A program made the translations under genes and the position numbers. The notes beneath the pieces were generated by a model. That model did not search any database. It saw only the letters and a program-made list of their open reading frames with translations, and was not told where the DNA came from. Of a stretch of DNA of 64,000 bases, positions 50,222-61,829 are shown one piece after another; the first letter of the stretch is position 1, and every line of letters starts with the position of its first letter. This DNA comes from Squalus acanthias (taxonomy: Eukaryota): positions 89,466,001 through 89,530,000 of the forward strand of contig CM059433.1 in the NCBI GenBank assembly GCA_030390025.1, given 5' to 3'.

Positions 50222-51472
50222 AGAACAACATAAGATGTAGGAGCAGGAGTAGGCCATTTGGCCCCTCGAGCCTGCTCCACCATTCAATAAGATCATGGCT
50301 GATCTGATCTTGGCCTCAACTCCACTTCCCTGCCCGCTCCCCAGAACCCTTGACTCCCTTACCTTTCAAAAATCTGTCTATCTCCACCTTAAATATATTC
50401 AATGACCCAGCCTCCACAGCTCTCTGGGGAAGAGAATTCCAAAGATTCATGACCCTCTGAGAGAAGAAATTCCTCCTCATTTCCAATTTAAAAGGGTGCC
50501 CCCTTATTCTGAAATTATGCCCCCTAGTTCTAGATTCCCCCACGAGGGGAAACATCCTCTCTGCATCTACCCTGTCAAGCCCCTTCAGAATCTTATATGT
50601 TTCAATAAGATCCCCTCTCATTTTTCTAAACTCCAATGAATATAGGCCCAACCTGCTCAACCTTTCTTCATAAGACAACCCCTTCATCTCCGGAATCAAC
50701 CTCATGAACTTTCTATGAACTGCCTCCAATGCAAGTATATCCTACCTTAAATAAGGAGACCAAAACTGTACGCAGTACTCCAGGTGTGGTCTCACCAACG
50801 TCCTGTACAGTTGTAACAGAACTTCCCTACTTTTATACTCCATCCCCTTTGCAATAAAGGCCAACATTCCATTTGCCTTCCTAATTACTTGCTGTACCTG
50901 CATGCTAACTTTTTGTGATTCATGTACAAGGACCCCCAGATCCCCCTGTATCTCAGCATTTTGTAATGTCTTCCCATTTAAATAATAATTTGCTTTTTTA
51001 TTTTTCCTACCAAAGTGGATAACCTCACATTTTCCCACATTAAACTCCACCTGCCAGGTTTTTGCCCACTCACTTAGCCTATCTATATCCCTTTGGTGAT
51101 TCTTTGCGTCCTCCACACAATTTGCTTTCCCACCTATCTTTGTATCATCAGCAAATTTGGCTACATTACACTCGGCCCCTTCATCCAAGTCATTAATATA
51201 GATTGTAAATAGTTGAGGCCCCAGCACTGATCCCTGCGGCACCCCACTAGTTACAGTTTGCCAACCTGAAAATGACACATTTATCCCGACTCTCTGTTTT
51301 CTGTTAGTTAGCCAATCCTCTATCCATGCTAATATATTACCCCCAACCCTGTGAGCTCTTATCTTGTGTAGTAACCTTTTATGTGGTACCTTATCGAATG
51401 CCTTCTGGAAATCCAAATACACGACATCTACTGGTTCCCCTTTATCCACCCTGCTCGTTACCTCCTCAAAGA
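50222..51472 (-). mobile_element. CR1 LINE 3' fragment inserted just after the transposase start
   Basis: YLDFQKAFDKVPH, SGVPQGSVLGP, KFADDTK, RPHLEYCVQFW, RRNFFSQRV. Confidence 0.96.
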
Positions 51473-51868
51473 CCACCCATGAATGGAATAAACTCTTTCC
51501 AAAGCAGATCAAAGCAGTCTAGCACCTGTATGGTGTGGATGAGCCCTCTAAATAGCACTCCTGCAGGGTCCTTGTTGACTGTTAGTGCCATGATTTGTTG
51601 GGTGGGTTTATCATGTGGAGAGTCAGGCACTGGGGCAGACCAATTACCCAAAATAATCCTACAATAAGAGTAGGACCCTCACTTTAATATTATGAGTTTT
51701 TTTTAAGCACGTGCCCTCGATGGCAAAGGAGCTGCTCAGTCTATTATAGCGGGCGGCGTCGTTCCAGCACGGAATGGACATGCGCACGCCTCCTGCTATG
51801 TAAGATCCCTAGGCACCCGTCTGTAAAACTGTCGCAGCGCCATCCATTTTCTACGTCAATTTCTGGCC
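51473..51868 (-). mobile_element. Terminal/promoter end of the decayed Harbinger element
   Basis: ATG on - at ~51480; CCTCTAAATAGC TATA-like box as at 61451 and 63157; TIR-like CAATTTCTGGCC. Confidence 0.6.
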
Positions 51869-53222
51869 TGTTCTGAGATAGCTTTTATTATGTCAGCAAG
51901 GGTGTTACAATTCTCTTCATCACCTCTAGGTATTAAAGGACGAATGAAATATGGTTCCTGCTCCTAATTATTATCGAACGATTCCTGCTGGCAAGTACAA
52001 GTGTGTGGACCTCGGATGATAACAGGATGACACTCGATTATGTTGCCCTCCACATTCATATAGTCTGCCGACTTCACCATCTAGGCTGACATTGGAAGGA
52101 TGGCCAAGTGGTCTAAGATCTAATGTACTGGAGCGCCCCTATAGACCCATATTCCAGAAGAAGTCAAGGCATTTAGGAGAAAAGGACAGAAAAAATAGGG
52201 CAATAAGGACAACTATAATACTTATTTGACAAACATTTTAAAAAAACATGTAGTAATGGAAATTAACTCTTACACTGCCATTGTTTGCTCTTCAGTATTC
52301 TACAAATCCTGCCCCAGCTGTGATTTGGCTGTGTGGAGAGCTTGTTGAAATCCTCTCTCATTTTGAAATTGATTTCCCTGAAGCCGGTGTAAAAAGATGG
52401 CTGAAGTATAAGTGAGATGTATGACAGTTGCTTCCAGTGGAGATAATTACCACAAAACTAGGCTTTGGCTGGAACTAGTGTTGAGGTCTGCTGTTTGACA
52501 AATGATCCCAAACAGATGATTGACATGCTGCTGAGCTGTCAGCTGCTCAGTGCTTCACCCAAGTAAACAGTAAACATACTGTTCTGCTCTAAACAAAACC
52601 AATCTCTGGTTATTTACACATAACCTATTAAAAGATTCATTTTTTTTTATTACGCCTGAACCCAAGATTAAACCTATCTCCTTAGATTAAATGGGGAATT
52701 ATGTATTTATATTGTCACATATGTCTAATATTGTTTTGAATGAATAATATTGGAATACTTGCTGTGACGTTTGACTACTATTATTGGTGTATTTTGTAAG
52801 TTGTATTTTATACTACTATATATGCAAAATTTTCTGTGTATATATACTGGAATTCATCAATAGAGTGAAAATAAATTCATTATCAACCGTAAAAATCTTT
52901 TTGCTGTAATTATTGTCAAAATCTTTTGTGCTGCCACCAGCTAAATTGTTCTTGGCTACCTCTCCAGTGAAATCCCATTGGCACAATTTTCTCAGACAAA
53001 TAATGAATTCAGTTCAGGCGGAGAGGATTCGAAAGCATGGAGAGAATGCACTCATGTGGAACTTATAAAATTGAAGGAGAACTTTTAATCGAGGCACTAA
53101 TCTTTTGAGTGCTGGAAAACCAGTACCTGAATTTATGTTGACCTGAGGATTAGTGTTATTATCATATATTATGAGGACACGTTTTTGTGTATTCTGCTCA
53201 TCATTTTTCTTCTTCCTTTTAG

Positions 53223-53310
53223 AAAGTCTAAATCCAGAAGTCTTTCTCCCCTCCAGCGATGGTCCCAGGAAGATCAAAGCATTAGCCCAGGTGACATAGC
53301 CAGATTTTAA
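53223..53310 (+). CDS. Candidate terminal (or internal) exon of an unidentified host gene
   Basis: Strong acceptor tcattttttcttcttccttttag|; KSKSRSLSPLQRWSQEDQSISPGDIARF*; AATAAA at 53411. Confidence 0.3.
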
Positions 53311-54239
53311 TATTCCCCTTCACTAATAGAGACATTGACAGTGAGGAGTCAAATACAGATAGAAATGACAGCCATGCCAACACTAAAAAAGAACACACAT
53401 CTCCAAGAAAAATAAAGAGCAGCCAACCTGCTTTGAAGAATCTAAGGGGCCCCGAGGTAAATCATTCAACAAGAATTCAGGATGCAAAAAACAGGTAAAA
53501 ATACGCACTGTAGCCTAGTACTAAAATAAATAACAGGCTCAGGCAGAGATAGAATTTACAATCACTGAAGGAAATGATCATTTGTCAAATGAAGATAAAG
53601 TAGGTAATCAACATAATGGCCTGTTTCATTTTGAGCTGGAATATTGGATTCTCTAATAGATTTTAACACTGAAGCTGTGAAATATTTATTGAAGTGGTTA
53701 TTTTTCCACTGATTAGAATTTTCTAATTCTTTTTTCTTCTTGCCTTTCCTTAAGTCAGTGACATGTTCACATGGCTCATTGAGCAGCCCAACAGCATCTT
53801 GCCCAAGTGTCTATTCTTCAAAGGGCTGATTACACAACTGGGAGCTCCCAGTGATAAACGGTGCTCACAGGGAGTACTGTCCTGGTATCACAGCCCCTGA
53901 AGTAGTGAGGCGAGAGAATAGGCCTTTAAAAGTGAACCTAGACAGTAGCCAGAATATTCCTCAGAGCCGCTCCCGCTCCGTCGCCATAACTTCACTGGAA
54001 GTGCGGCGGAAACCCTAGCCAGTGAGTTTCAACGTGTTATTCGGCAATGGAAGGCATTATAGGTGAGCCTAATCCTGCTCTCACCAAAAATTCACAAGTT
54101 CACTCTTTTCAGCTTGGGTTAGGGAAAGAAAAAATCAGCCGAGTTCCTGCTCCCGAAAGCTATTGATTTAGTACTGTGCTTACTGTTCAAGGTAAATATT
54201 CTACTTGGATCTCCATTATCCATTCCTCCCATTCTATCC

Positions 54240-57200
54240 ATTAAAAAAACCATATCTTGCTTTCTCTCAATGTTCTTTTCTCTAACGATAAAGTTCAGTT
54301 CTTCAAGGCGGAGATACTTCACGGCAAGCCTTCAAGGCGGAGATACTTTGGGTACAAATCAAGCATATTTCCATAAAGAGGAAAGTGGGGCATCCAAAGC
54401 TAGAGCTCCCTGGATGAAAAAGGAAATAGAGATTTAAAAAAACACAGAAAAGGAGGTTTATGACAAATGTCAGGTACAGAATACAGTAGAAAACCAGGCA
54501 GAATAGAAAGAGTGCAGGGAGAAATTGAAAAAGGATATGAAAGGGCAAAGAGAGAGTATGAGAAAAGATTAGCGGGTAATATAAAAGGGAACTCAAAAAT
54601 CTTTTAGCAACATATAAAAAGTAAAAGGGGCTGCAATTTTGCCGGCACTCAGAGGGTGGGTTCGGAGGCAGGTCCGCTGTCAAAATCGAAATGATTGACA
54701 GTGGGTTGGGAGCCCACTCCAAACCCGCCTCCATGTAAGTTTCCAAAGTGTCGGGTCTGCGATTTCAGAACAGACCCGACACCAAGCGGCAGGGGAGGCA
54801 TTTAAGATAGTTAAATGCTTGTTAAACGCTTGTTAACTACTATTGTGCCAGCCCATTTCTATTTTACCACTTTTTTAATGAGGTTCACATCGTTCGGAGA
54901 TCATGTCAGGTAAGTAGGTCGGGTTCTCTATGGCTCCCCACTGCTGTGAATAGATGACAGCTGCAAAAGTGGTGTGAAAGCTACCATTTCACAGCTGGTC
55001 ACTTTCCAATGTCAGAAGCTTGAGCCTTCAGGACTTGGAAGACACTTTTGAGCTGTATGCAGTTTGGAAGTGTTTGGAGTAAACTCTCTATCCACTGTCA
55101 CCTCCTTGGATCAAGCTCTCTCACCATTGACAGATCGCTTCTGTCATCTCAACTTCAGCTGCCATCTATTCCAGCAACATCGGTGCCCTTGAAAAAATCT
55201 CACCACGATCAGCCCCAACACCAACATCACCAGGCACACCAACATCACCAATAACAACACCAACCTTCTCCTCAATCACCTAATGCTGCACAGGACACAG
55301 GGCATCAGCACCCGACAACATTGCTGCCCGGGAGGCCAGCGATGGCATCACCATGGCCAGATTTACTTCACTTGACGCTGTACACACTGGCTGCCACATG
55401 ATACACCAGGTTGACACCACCCCACACCAGCACCATAAAGCATCTCTACAATGTCCAAGCCATTCCTTTCACACTCATCACAATTGGTGGGGGGGGGGGG
55501 GGGGAATTATGTCTTAACATTCACTGAAACTCACTAAGACACTTCCAAAGGTGAGCACAGATCTGTCCAATATGGTAAAGTGTTGAAAGTAAAGATTCCA
55601 ATGTTTGACAACACATTAACAGAAAATTGACATGAGCATTGCATTAAACACCCAAGTGTGTTGTTAGTTGGTATGATTGCACTCAGATGAGGGTGAGTGT
55701 GAGGGGTGGCTAGTGAGATGGGGAAGTAATAATGTAGATAGAGAGGGATGGGTGGAGGTGCAAGGTAAGTTGGTGTGAGTAAGGATGTGCAGGAGTACTG
55801 TAGGGAAGGCAGAGTGATGGGGATGTGATGAGTGGCAGAGCAGGATGAGGTTGAGTGTGGATTTGCAGTAATGTTTTGTGATCTACTGAGATAATTGAAA
55901 GGTTTGCACCGCTGCAGCCTGGTCCTCCTGACGACATCCCTGCTTCTGTCTTCCTGTGCAATGTGCAACCAGGCTGCATTGGTGTCCTGGGAGGTCTTTT
56001 CCACCCTTGGAAGGGAAGAGAACTTCCCTGCGTGCTGTGACTCCCTCCATAAGCATATAGAGGGAGTCATGCAGGAGCCTGGGTGCAGCTGTGCACCCTG
56101 TGCAGTGCTTGTCAGTGTTTGCAGCACCTCAATGCTGTAGAACACTGACAGCACAACCGTCAAAATCAATGTGGCCATGGTCCCTTTAAGGAAACTGGCT
56201 GATGACGCGTCATCGAATGACATCATGAGACCCACTTCCTTTTAATTGGCCGGGAAACGCGCAGGGCGGGCTTAACAAGCCCAATCTACACAAAATCTTT
56301 TTCACAGAGTGGCTGGAGCTGGGAGCAGGACCGGGACTCGCCAACGACCTATCCTGCCTCCGATGGTGAAATCGCGGCCAGGATAGTTAAACGAACGGTG
56401 GGGCCGATTAGGGACAAAAAAGGGGTGATGGTAACTTAGGTATATAATTGGTTAAGGGATAGGAGGCAGAGAGTAGTGGTGAACATATGTTTTTCTGACT
56501 GGAGGGAAGTATGCAGTAGGGTCCCCCAGGGGTCGGTATTAGAACCATCTTGTTATAAATGACCTGGACTTGGGTACAGGGAGTATAATTTCAAGGTTTG
56601 CGGATGATACAAAACTTGGCAACGTAGTAAATAGTGAACAGGATATAGCAGACTTCAGGAGGACATAGGCAGACTGGTGAAATGGGCAGATACGTGGCAG
56701 ATGCAATTTAATGCGGATAAGCGCAAAGTGATGCACTTTGGGTGAAACAACATGAAGTGGTAGTGTAATCTAAATGATACTATTTTGAGGAGGATGTAAG
56801 AGCAGAGGGACCTGGGGGTGCATATTCACAAATCCTTGAAACTGGCAGGGCAAGTTTATAAGGCAGTTAAGAAAGTTAATGGGATACTTGGTTTTGAAAT
56901 AGGGGCATTGAATAAAAAAACAAGGAAGTCATGCGAAACTTTTACAAATCGCTGGTTGGGTCTCAGCTGGAGTATTGTGTCCAATTCTGGGCACCACACT
57001 TTAGTAAGGATGCCAAGGCACTGGAGAGGGTATGGAGAAGGTTTATCAGGATGATACCAGGGATGAGGGAATTCAGTTATGTGGAGAGATTGGAGAAGCT
57101 GGGATTGTTCTCCTTAGAGCAGAGAAGGTTAAGGGGAGACATCATAAAGGTTTTGATAGAGCAAGTAGGGAGAAACTGTTTCCTCTGGCAAGTTGGTCGG

Positions 57201-57477
57201 TAACCAGAGGTCATAGATTTAAAATAATTGCCAACAGAAGTAGAGGGCAAATGAGGAGAAATTTCTTTATGCAGAGGGTTGTTAAAATCTGGAAAGTATG
57301 GTGGAATCAGATTCCATAGGAACTTTCAAAAGGCAATTGGACATGTATGTGAAGAGGTTTCATTTGCAGGGTTATAGGGAAAAAGCTGGGGTGTGGGACT
57401 AAATTGGACAGCTCTTTCAAAGAGCCAGCACAGACCCGACAGGCCAAATGACCTCCTTCTGTGCTGTAAGATTCCAT
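54240..57477 (+). mobile_element. CR1 LINE (54240-54628 and 56383-57477) interrupted by a Harbinger element; its tail is the target of the full-length Harbinger
   Basis: GVPQGSVL, KFADDTK, SQLEYCVQFWAP, LEQRRLRGD; ATTC(C/T)ATG tail continues at 61771; 29-bp duplication at 54301-54349. Confidence 0.9.
54629..56379. mobile_element. Internally deleted Harbinger element with gene relics
   Basis: TIRs GGCTGCAATTTT / GAAATCGCGGCC; TSD AGG; Myb-exon relic on - at ~55880-56140 and a transposase 5'-like segment on + at ~55140-55380. Confidence 0.8.
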
Positions 57478-57836
57478 GGGCTAAAAATTCAGTCGCGCCC
57501 CGTTTGGGGCGCACATATCGTCCGGGCGCAAAAATTAGCGCCTGGCGCTAATTATCGCCACTGACTGGAAACTTCACTTTTAACGCCCCTGGAGGTGATT
57601 GGAGCGCTAAATCAGGCGCTGCACACCTGTCTTAAGGTGCAAAGGCCGAGGAGTGAGGCGCTAACTCAGAGCGCGAGTGCAGCGCAGGTGCTGCCAGTTA
57701 GCGAGGGAACACAGACAAACTGGCGCCGGCCAGTTCTTAAAGGGGGGGGGGCGATCTTGCTCCCCAGCCACACCCTGCTCATTGCAGCCTTGAATCTCGG
57801 CCTGGAGAGACCTGTGAATCCATTTTCCATCCAAGG

Positions 57837-59788
57837 ATGGAGAGGGTGAGAGAACGAGCTCAGCGCTTCACCGAGCGGGCCTTGGATGCTCTGGTTGGCG
57901 CGGTGGAGCGCCGAAGAGCAATACTGTACCCAGAGAGTGGCAGGAGGCCTTTGCCGCGCGACTACAGAAGAGTGTGGAGGGAGGTGGCTCAGCGCGTCTC
58001 CTCCAGGAGCATGGTGCCCAGGACCCATGTCCAATGCCAGAAAAAGTTCAACGACCTCACTCGGGTCGTCAGGGTGAGTGGCTTTTTTGCAATACCTCTC
58101 CATCCCTCCATCTCAACCTCACTCTATGGCCAGAGGGTCTTAAAACCACAATTAACAACACTCATCCAACACCTATGGCCCTTTCATGAAGCACACACAC
58201 ACATTCCATACTTTGCATACAGTAAGGGCTATTCACCTATGGGAGGCACATCAGGCAAGACCATGGCTGTATACAGTAAGGGCTATTCACCTATGGGAGG
58301 CACATCAGGCAAGACCATGGCTATATACAGTAAGGGCTATTCACCTATGGGAGGCACATCAGGCAAGACCATGGCTGTATACAGTAAGGGCTATTCACCT
58401 ATGGGAGGCACATCAGGCAAGACCATGGCTGTATACAGTAAGGGCTATTCACCTATGGGAGGCACATCAGGCAAGACCATGGCTGTATATTTACTCAGAC
58501 GCCGTCCTTTTTTTTGCAGGCCAAGCTGGCGCATAATAGGAGACAGCAGCAACGGACGGGTGGAGGGCGGCCTCAGCTGCAACCCCTCAGCAATCTGGAG
58601 GAGCGCGTCCACAGGATTGTGGCAAGCCGGGTGATCGGTCCCGTCACCACTGGAGACGCCGACCCCGTTCTGGACAGTAATGGTAAGGTCATCACCTTTT
58701 TGTCCTCTGTCCTTCCACTTGTTCCTCACAACACCAGCCTTTGACACTTTCAATCCAACTTACTAACTCGCTGCACTTTTTCCTCCCTTACTGCCACCCT
58801 GTCCTCACGCTAAAGCCACTCTTGTACCTCCCTGCTTTCAGATGGTGATTCACCAGCTGAGGAGACGGGCCCTGAAGCTGCCAGTGGGAGTGAAGCTGCA
58901 GCCGAGGAGGAAGAGGAAGCCGGAGCATCAGTGCCACCCTCTCCCGAGGAAGCCCATGCCGACACTGGGAACACGCCTTCCCTGGAGGGGAGCAGGGGGG
59001 AAGGGTCTGATGAGGGTGAAGCTCCAGGACCCAGCAGGCTGCAGCAACGCGATGGGGGTAGGGAAGCTCGGGGGCCTTCTCCCCGGAGGGAGAGTATGCC
59101 AGCGAGTCCTGCTGCACTGGACGCAGAGGAGGAGTGGCTGATCGCAGAAATGAACACCCAGGCGGTGGGCATGCACACTGAGCTCATGGCTGCAGTGGGT
59201 AGGGTGCCCGAATGCATTGAAGCACTGGCAAGGAGTGTGGAGCACTTCGCTGCAGCGCAGGCGGATGCGACACTGAAGCTCAGTGCTGCAATTCAATCTC
59301 AGACTGCTCTCATGCAGACTCAGATTGAGGCCACGCGAGTACTGTCTGCTGCCATCCTCGCTGGTTCGTTCACATTTCCCCGGGGCTCTCACCGCGCCGC
59401 AGCAGGCCAGCAATCTGTGCTCCAGCAGATTGCTCCGGATGCTGAGGTGCTGCCCCGTGGGAGTGCCAGTGTGCCGGTCGAGCAGGGAGTTGCTGTCCTC
59501 ACTCAAGATGACAGCATTCCTGCTGCCACCACTGTCACTTCTCCACTGCAGTTGCCACCGCCTGCAGGACAGACTGCTGCCGCCCATGCAGAGTTGGTGC
59601 TGTCTGCAGCCGGGCCCTCCAGGCCCAGAGCTGGTCGAGGCCGTCCCTCAAGGGCATCTGCATTGTCAGGGCCTGACAGTCAGCAGCCTTCCACCAGCCT
59701 TGCTGCAGCCACTGAGGTCCCATTGCGGAGGAGCAGTAGGGTAAGAAGGGGGGAAGGGCGCACGGGAAGGAGTTCACCCTCGATGTAG
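57837..59788 (+). CDS. Harbinger Myb/SANT-like DNA-binding protein (MSANTD/MYPOP-like), 3 exons: 57837-58073, 58520-58682, 58842-59788; ~448 aa
   Basis: RAQRFTERALDALV...VWREVAQRV...QCQKKFNDL (trihelix/SANT); AGG|gtgagt, tttgcag|GCC, AATG|gtaagg, tttcag|AT; exon 2 has AHNRRQQQRTGGG; the spliced frame is open to TAG 59788, with an acidic linker and a coiled-coil-like segment. Confidence 0.88.
58217..58488. repeat. Minisatellite, 54-bp unit x5, in Myb intron 1
   Basis: ATACAGTAAGGGCTATTCACCTATGGGAGGCACATCAGGCAAGACCATGGCT(G/A)T; copies almost identical. Confidence 0.97.
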
Positions 59789-60099
59789 GAGGTATGACAA
59801 AATGCTGTTCATTTTTTTATTAAAGGCCGAGGTTCGTGGTCAAACTTTTGTTGAGTGTTTTGCACATGATCTCCAGGTTGTGAGAACCAGTTATGGTAAT
59901 GACTGTTTTTTTGTGTTTATTTGTATGAGTTTGTCATGAAGAAATGACACACACAGAGTTTGTAAAATAAATAAGTTTTGGTACTCAAAATATACATGTT
60001 TGGTGTTTGGAATCAGTGGTGCCTTGGCCGGCTTAGGGGTTGCGTGTTGGGTTCATTCATGCTGTTCTCAATGGCAGAAGCCATTTCCACAGCAGGGGC

Positions 60100-61260
60100 C
60101 TAGAAGCGGCTTGCTATCAGCCGCTGACGGACGGCCCTTGCAGTTTCACCATTGTGGGCCGCCCTCACGCCTTGGTGCTGCTGCTGATCATCCTCCTCCT
60201 CTTCTTCCTCCTCTTCCTCCTCCTCCTCTGGTGGTGCTCCAAGGCCTGGTGGCATTGGCTGGGTCCTGAGGATTGCCATGTTATGCAGCATGCAGCACAC
60301 AACTACGATGCTGGAAACTCGCTCAGGCGAGTACTGCAGGGCTCCTCCAGAATGGTCGAGACAGCGGAACCGTTGCTTGAGCACGCCGATTGTGTGCTCC
60401 ACGATGTTCCTGGTAGCTTGATGGCTCTCGTTGTACCGCAGCTCAGCAGGGGTGTTGGGCGTACGGAGCGGTGTCATCAGCCAGGTGCACAGTGGATACC
60501 CCTTGTCCCCGAGAAGCCAACCAACTGGCTGATGCGGTGCCTTGAAAAGTTCTGCCACAGTAGACTGGCGCAGGATGAAAGCATCGTGGCAGCTGCCAGG
60601 ATAGTGGGCATTGACAGCGAGTATCAGCTGTCTGTGGTCACAGACCAACTGAACATTCAAGGAATGGAACCCCTTTCTGTTCCGGAAATCCTCGGCATTC
60701 TCATGCGGAGCACGCAAAGCCACATGCATGCAGTCAATGGCGCCCTGCACCATGGGGAAGCCCGCTATCCTCGCAAAGCCCAGAGCGCGTTCTTGCTGCT
60801 TGTCTGGGGTCATGGGGAAAGAGATGAACTCTCATCTCCTTTTAAAGAGGGCATTTGTGACCTTCCTGATGCAGCAGTGCACCACAAACTGGGAGATATT
60901 GGCGATGTCCCCAACAGCAGATTTAAATGAGCCAGTAGCATAAAAGTTCAGAGCCACTGTGACCTTCACTGCCACCGACAGAGACGTCCTGGACCTCAGC
61001 TGAGGCTGCAGATCTGGCTGCAGCAGGTGGCAGAGCTCAGTGACCACCTCCTTGCTGAAGCGCAGCCTTCGCAGACACTGCTCCTCAGACATATGAATGT
61101 AGGAGAGCTGTTCACGATATACCCTGGGAGGGTAAGCTCTCCTGTACAGACGCCTGTTGGCCCTCCTCCGTCTGGCCATCATTGCCACTCTCTCTCTACG
61201 TCTCCGTGTCCTCCGATTCAGCTGGCGCAGGACGACGCCCCCCATCAGTGCAGCCCCCAT
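60100..61260 (-). pseudogene. Harbinger DDE transposase (HARBI1-like), 386 codons with one in-frame TGA at 60832-60834
   Basis: [89 protein letters not shown]; ORFs 60832-61272 and 60100-60813 are in the same frame (AGG AGA TGA GAG TTC). Confidence 0.95.
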
Positions 61261-61450
61261 ATCTCTAAGCAAGCAAAGTTATGAAGGCCAGAAACCAAAG
61301 TACCAGCGAAGTTAGGATGAGTAGCCAAAACTACCTGACACAGCGTTGACTCAATGCAGAAGTCTCTCTTTCTCTCTCTCCGAATCTCTCTCTCTCTCTC
61401 AGAACGAGTGGTGCAAAAATGTCCACCACAGAGAAAGACAGGAAGAGGCC

Positions 61451-61464
61451 CCCTTTATATAGCG
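61451..61464 (-). promoter_or_regulatory. Putative TATA box of the transposase gene
   Basis: GCTATATAAAGG on -, ~190 bp upstream of the ATG; positionally conserved at 63157 and ~51545. Confidence 0.55.
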
Positions 61465-61829
61465 CCCCCCCCAGCCCCACAGCGAATGATAGCGTTCCAC
61501 TCTACCGGTCGTTGGATGCGCCAGGCGGTAAGGATGGGGGCGCCACTGAAATTCTGCTCCGGGGCGCCACAAGGGCGTTGCACTCTCGTATGATGTCACA
61601 ATCTGCGCGCGCAAGAGATCGCGGCGATAAAGTTTAGCGCCGCCGCTAAATGTCTAGTTAAGTTCCCGAGCGGCGCAAACATCGCTGCGCCCGGGCGCTA
61701 GCTGCTTTGCGCCCCATTAGCGCCCTCTTAAGGCGCTAACGGGAGGCGCAACCAACTGAATTTTTCCCCCTATGCTTCTATAATTCTCTGAAGTATCAGA
61801 ATCATGCTTGTCACTCTTGATTGAACCAT

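Larger units (their letters stand above)
57478..61770. mobile_element. Full-length two-gene PIF/Harbinger transposon (4293 bp)
   Basis: TIRs GGGCTAAAAATTCAGT / ACTGAATTTTTCCCCC; TSD CAT/TAT in a CR1 tail; convergent Myb/SANT and DDE transposase genes. Confidence 0.96.

Noticed and set aside
58217-58488. 54-bp repeats as a CRISPR-like or guide array next to a nuclease
   Set aside because: Head-to-tail near-identical units without spacers, lying inside a GT-AG intron
60040-60930. 296-aa + strand ORF and other overlapping ORFs at 58.8-59.8 kb
   Set aside because: Antisense or alternate-frame shadows of GC-rich transposon genes, with no recognisable motifs
57837-61260. Domesticated host genes HARBI1 / MYPOP / NAIF1
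   Set aside because: The genes are bounded by TIRs and a TSD, sit in a CR1 tail and have related non-autonomous copies nearby, so this is a transposon
60100-61272. Two separate genes or a programmed frameshift in the transposase
   Set aside because: Both ORFs are in the same frame, separated by a single TGA, best explained as a point mutation
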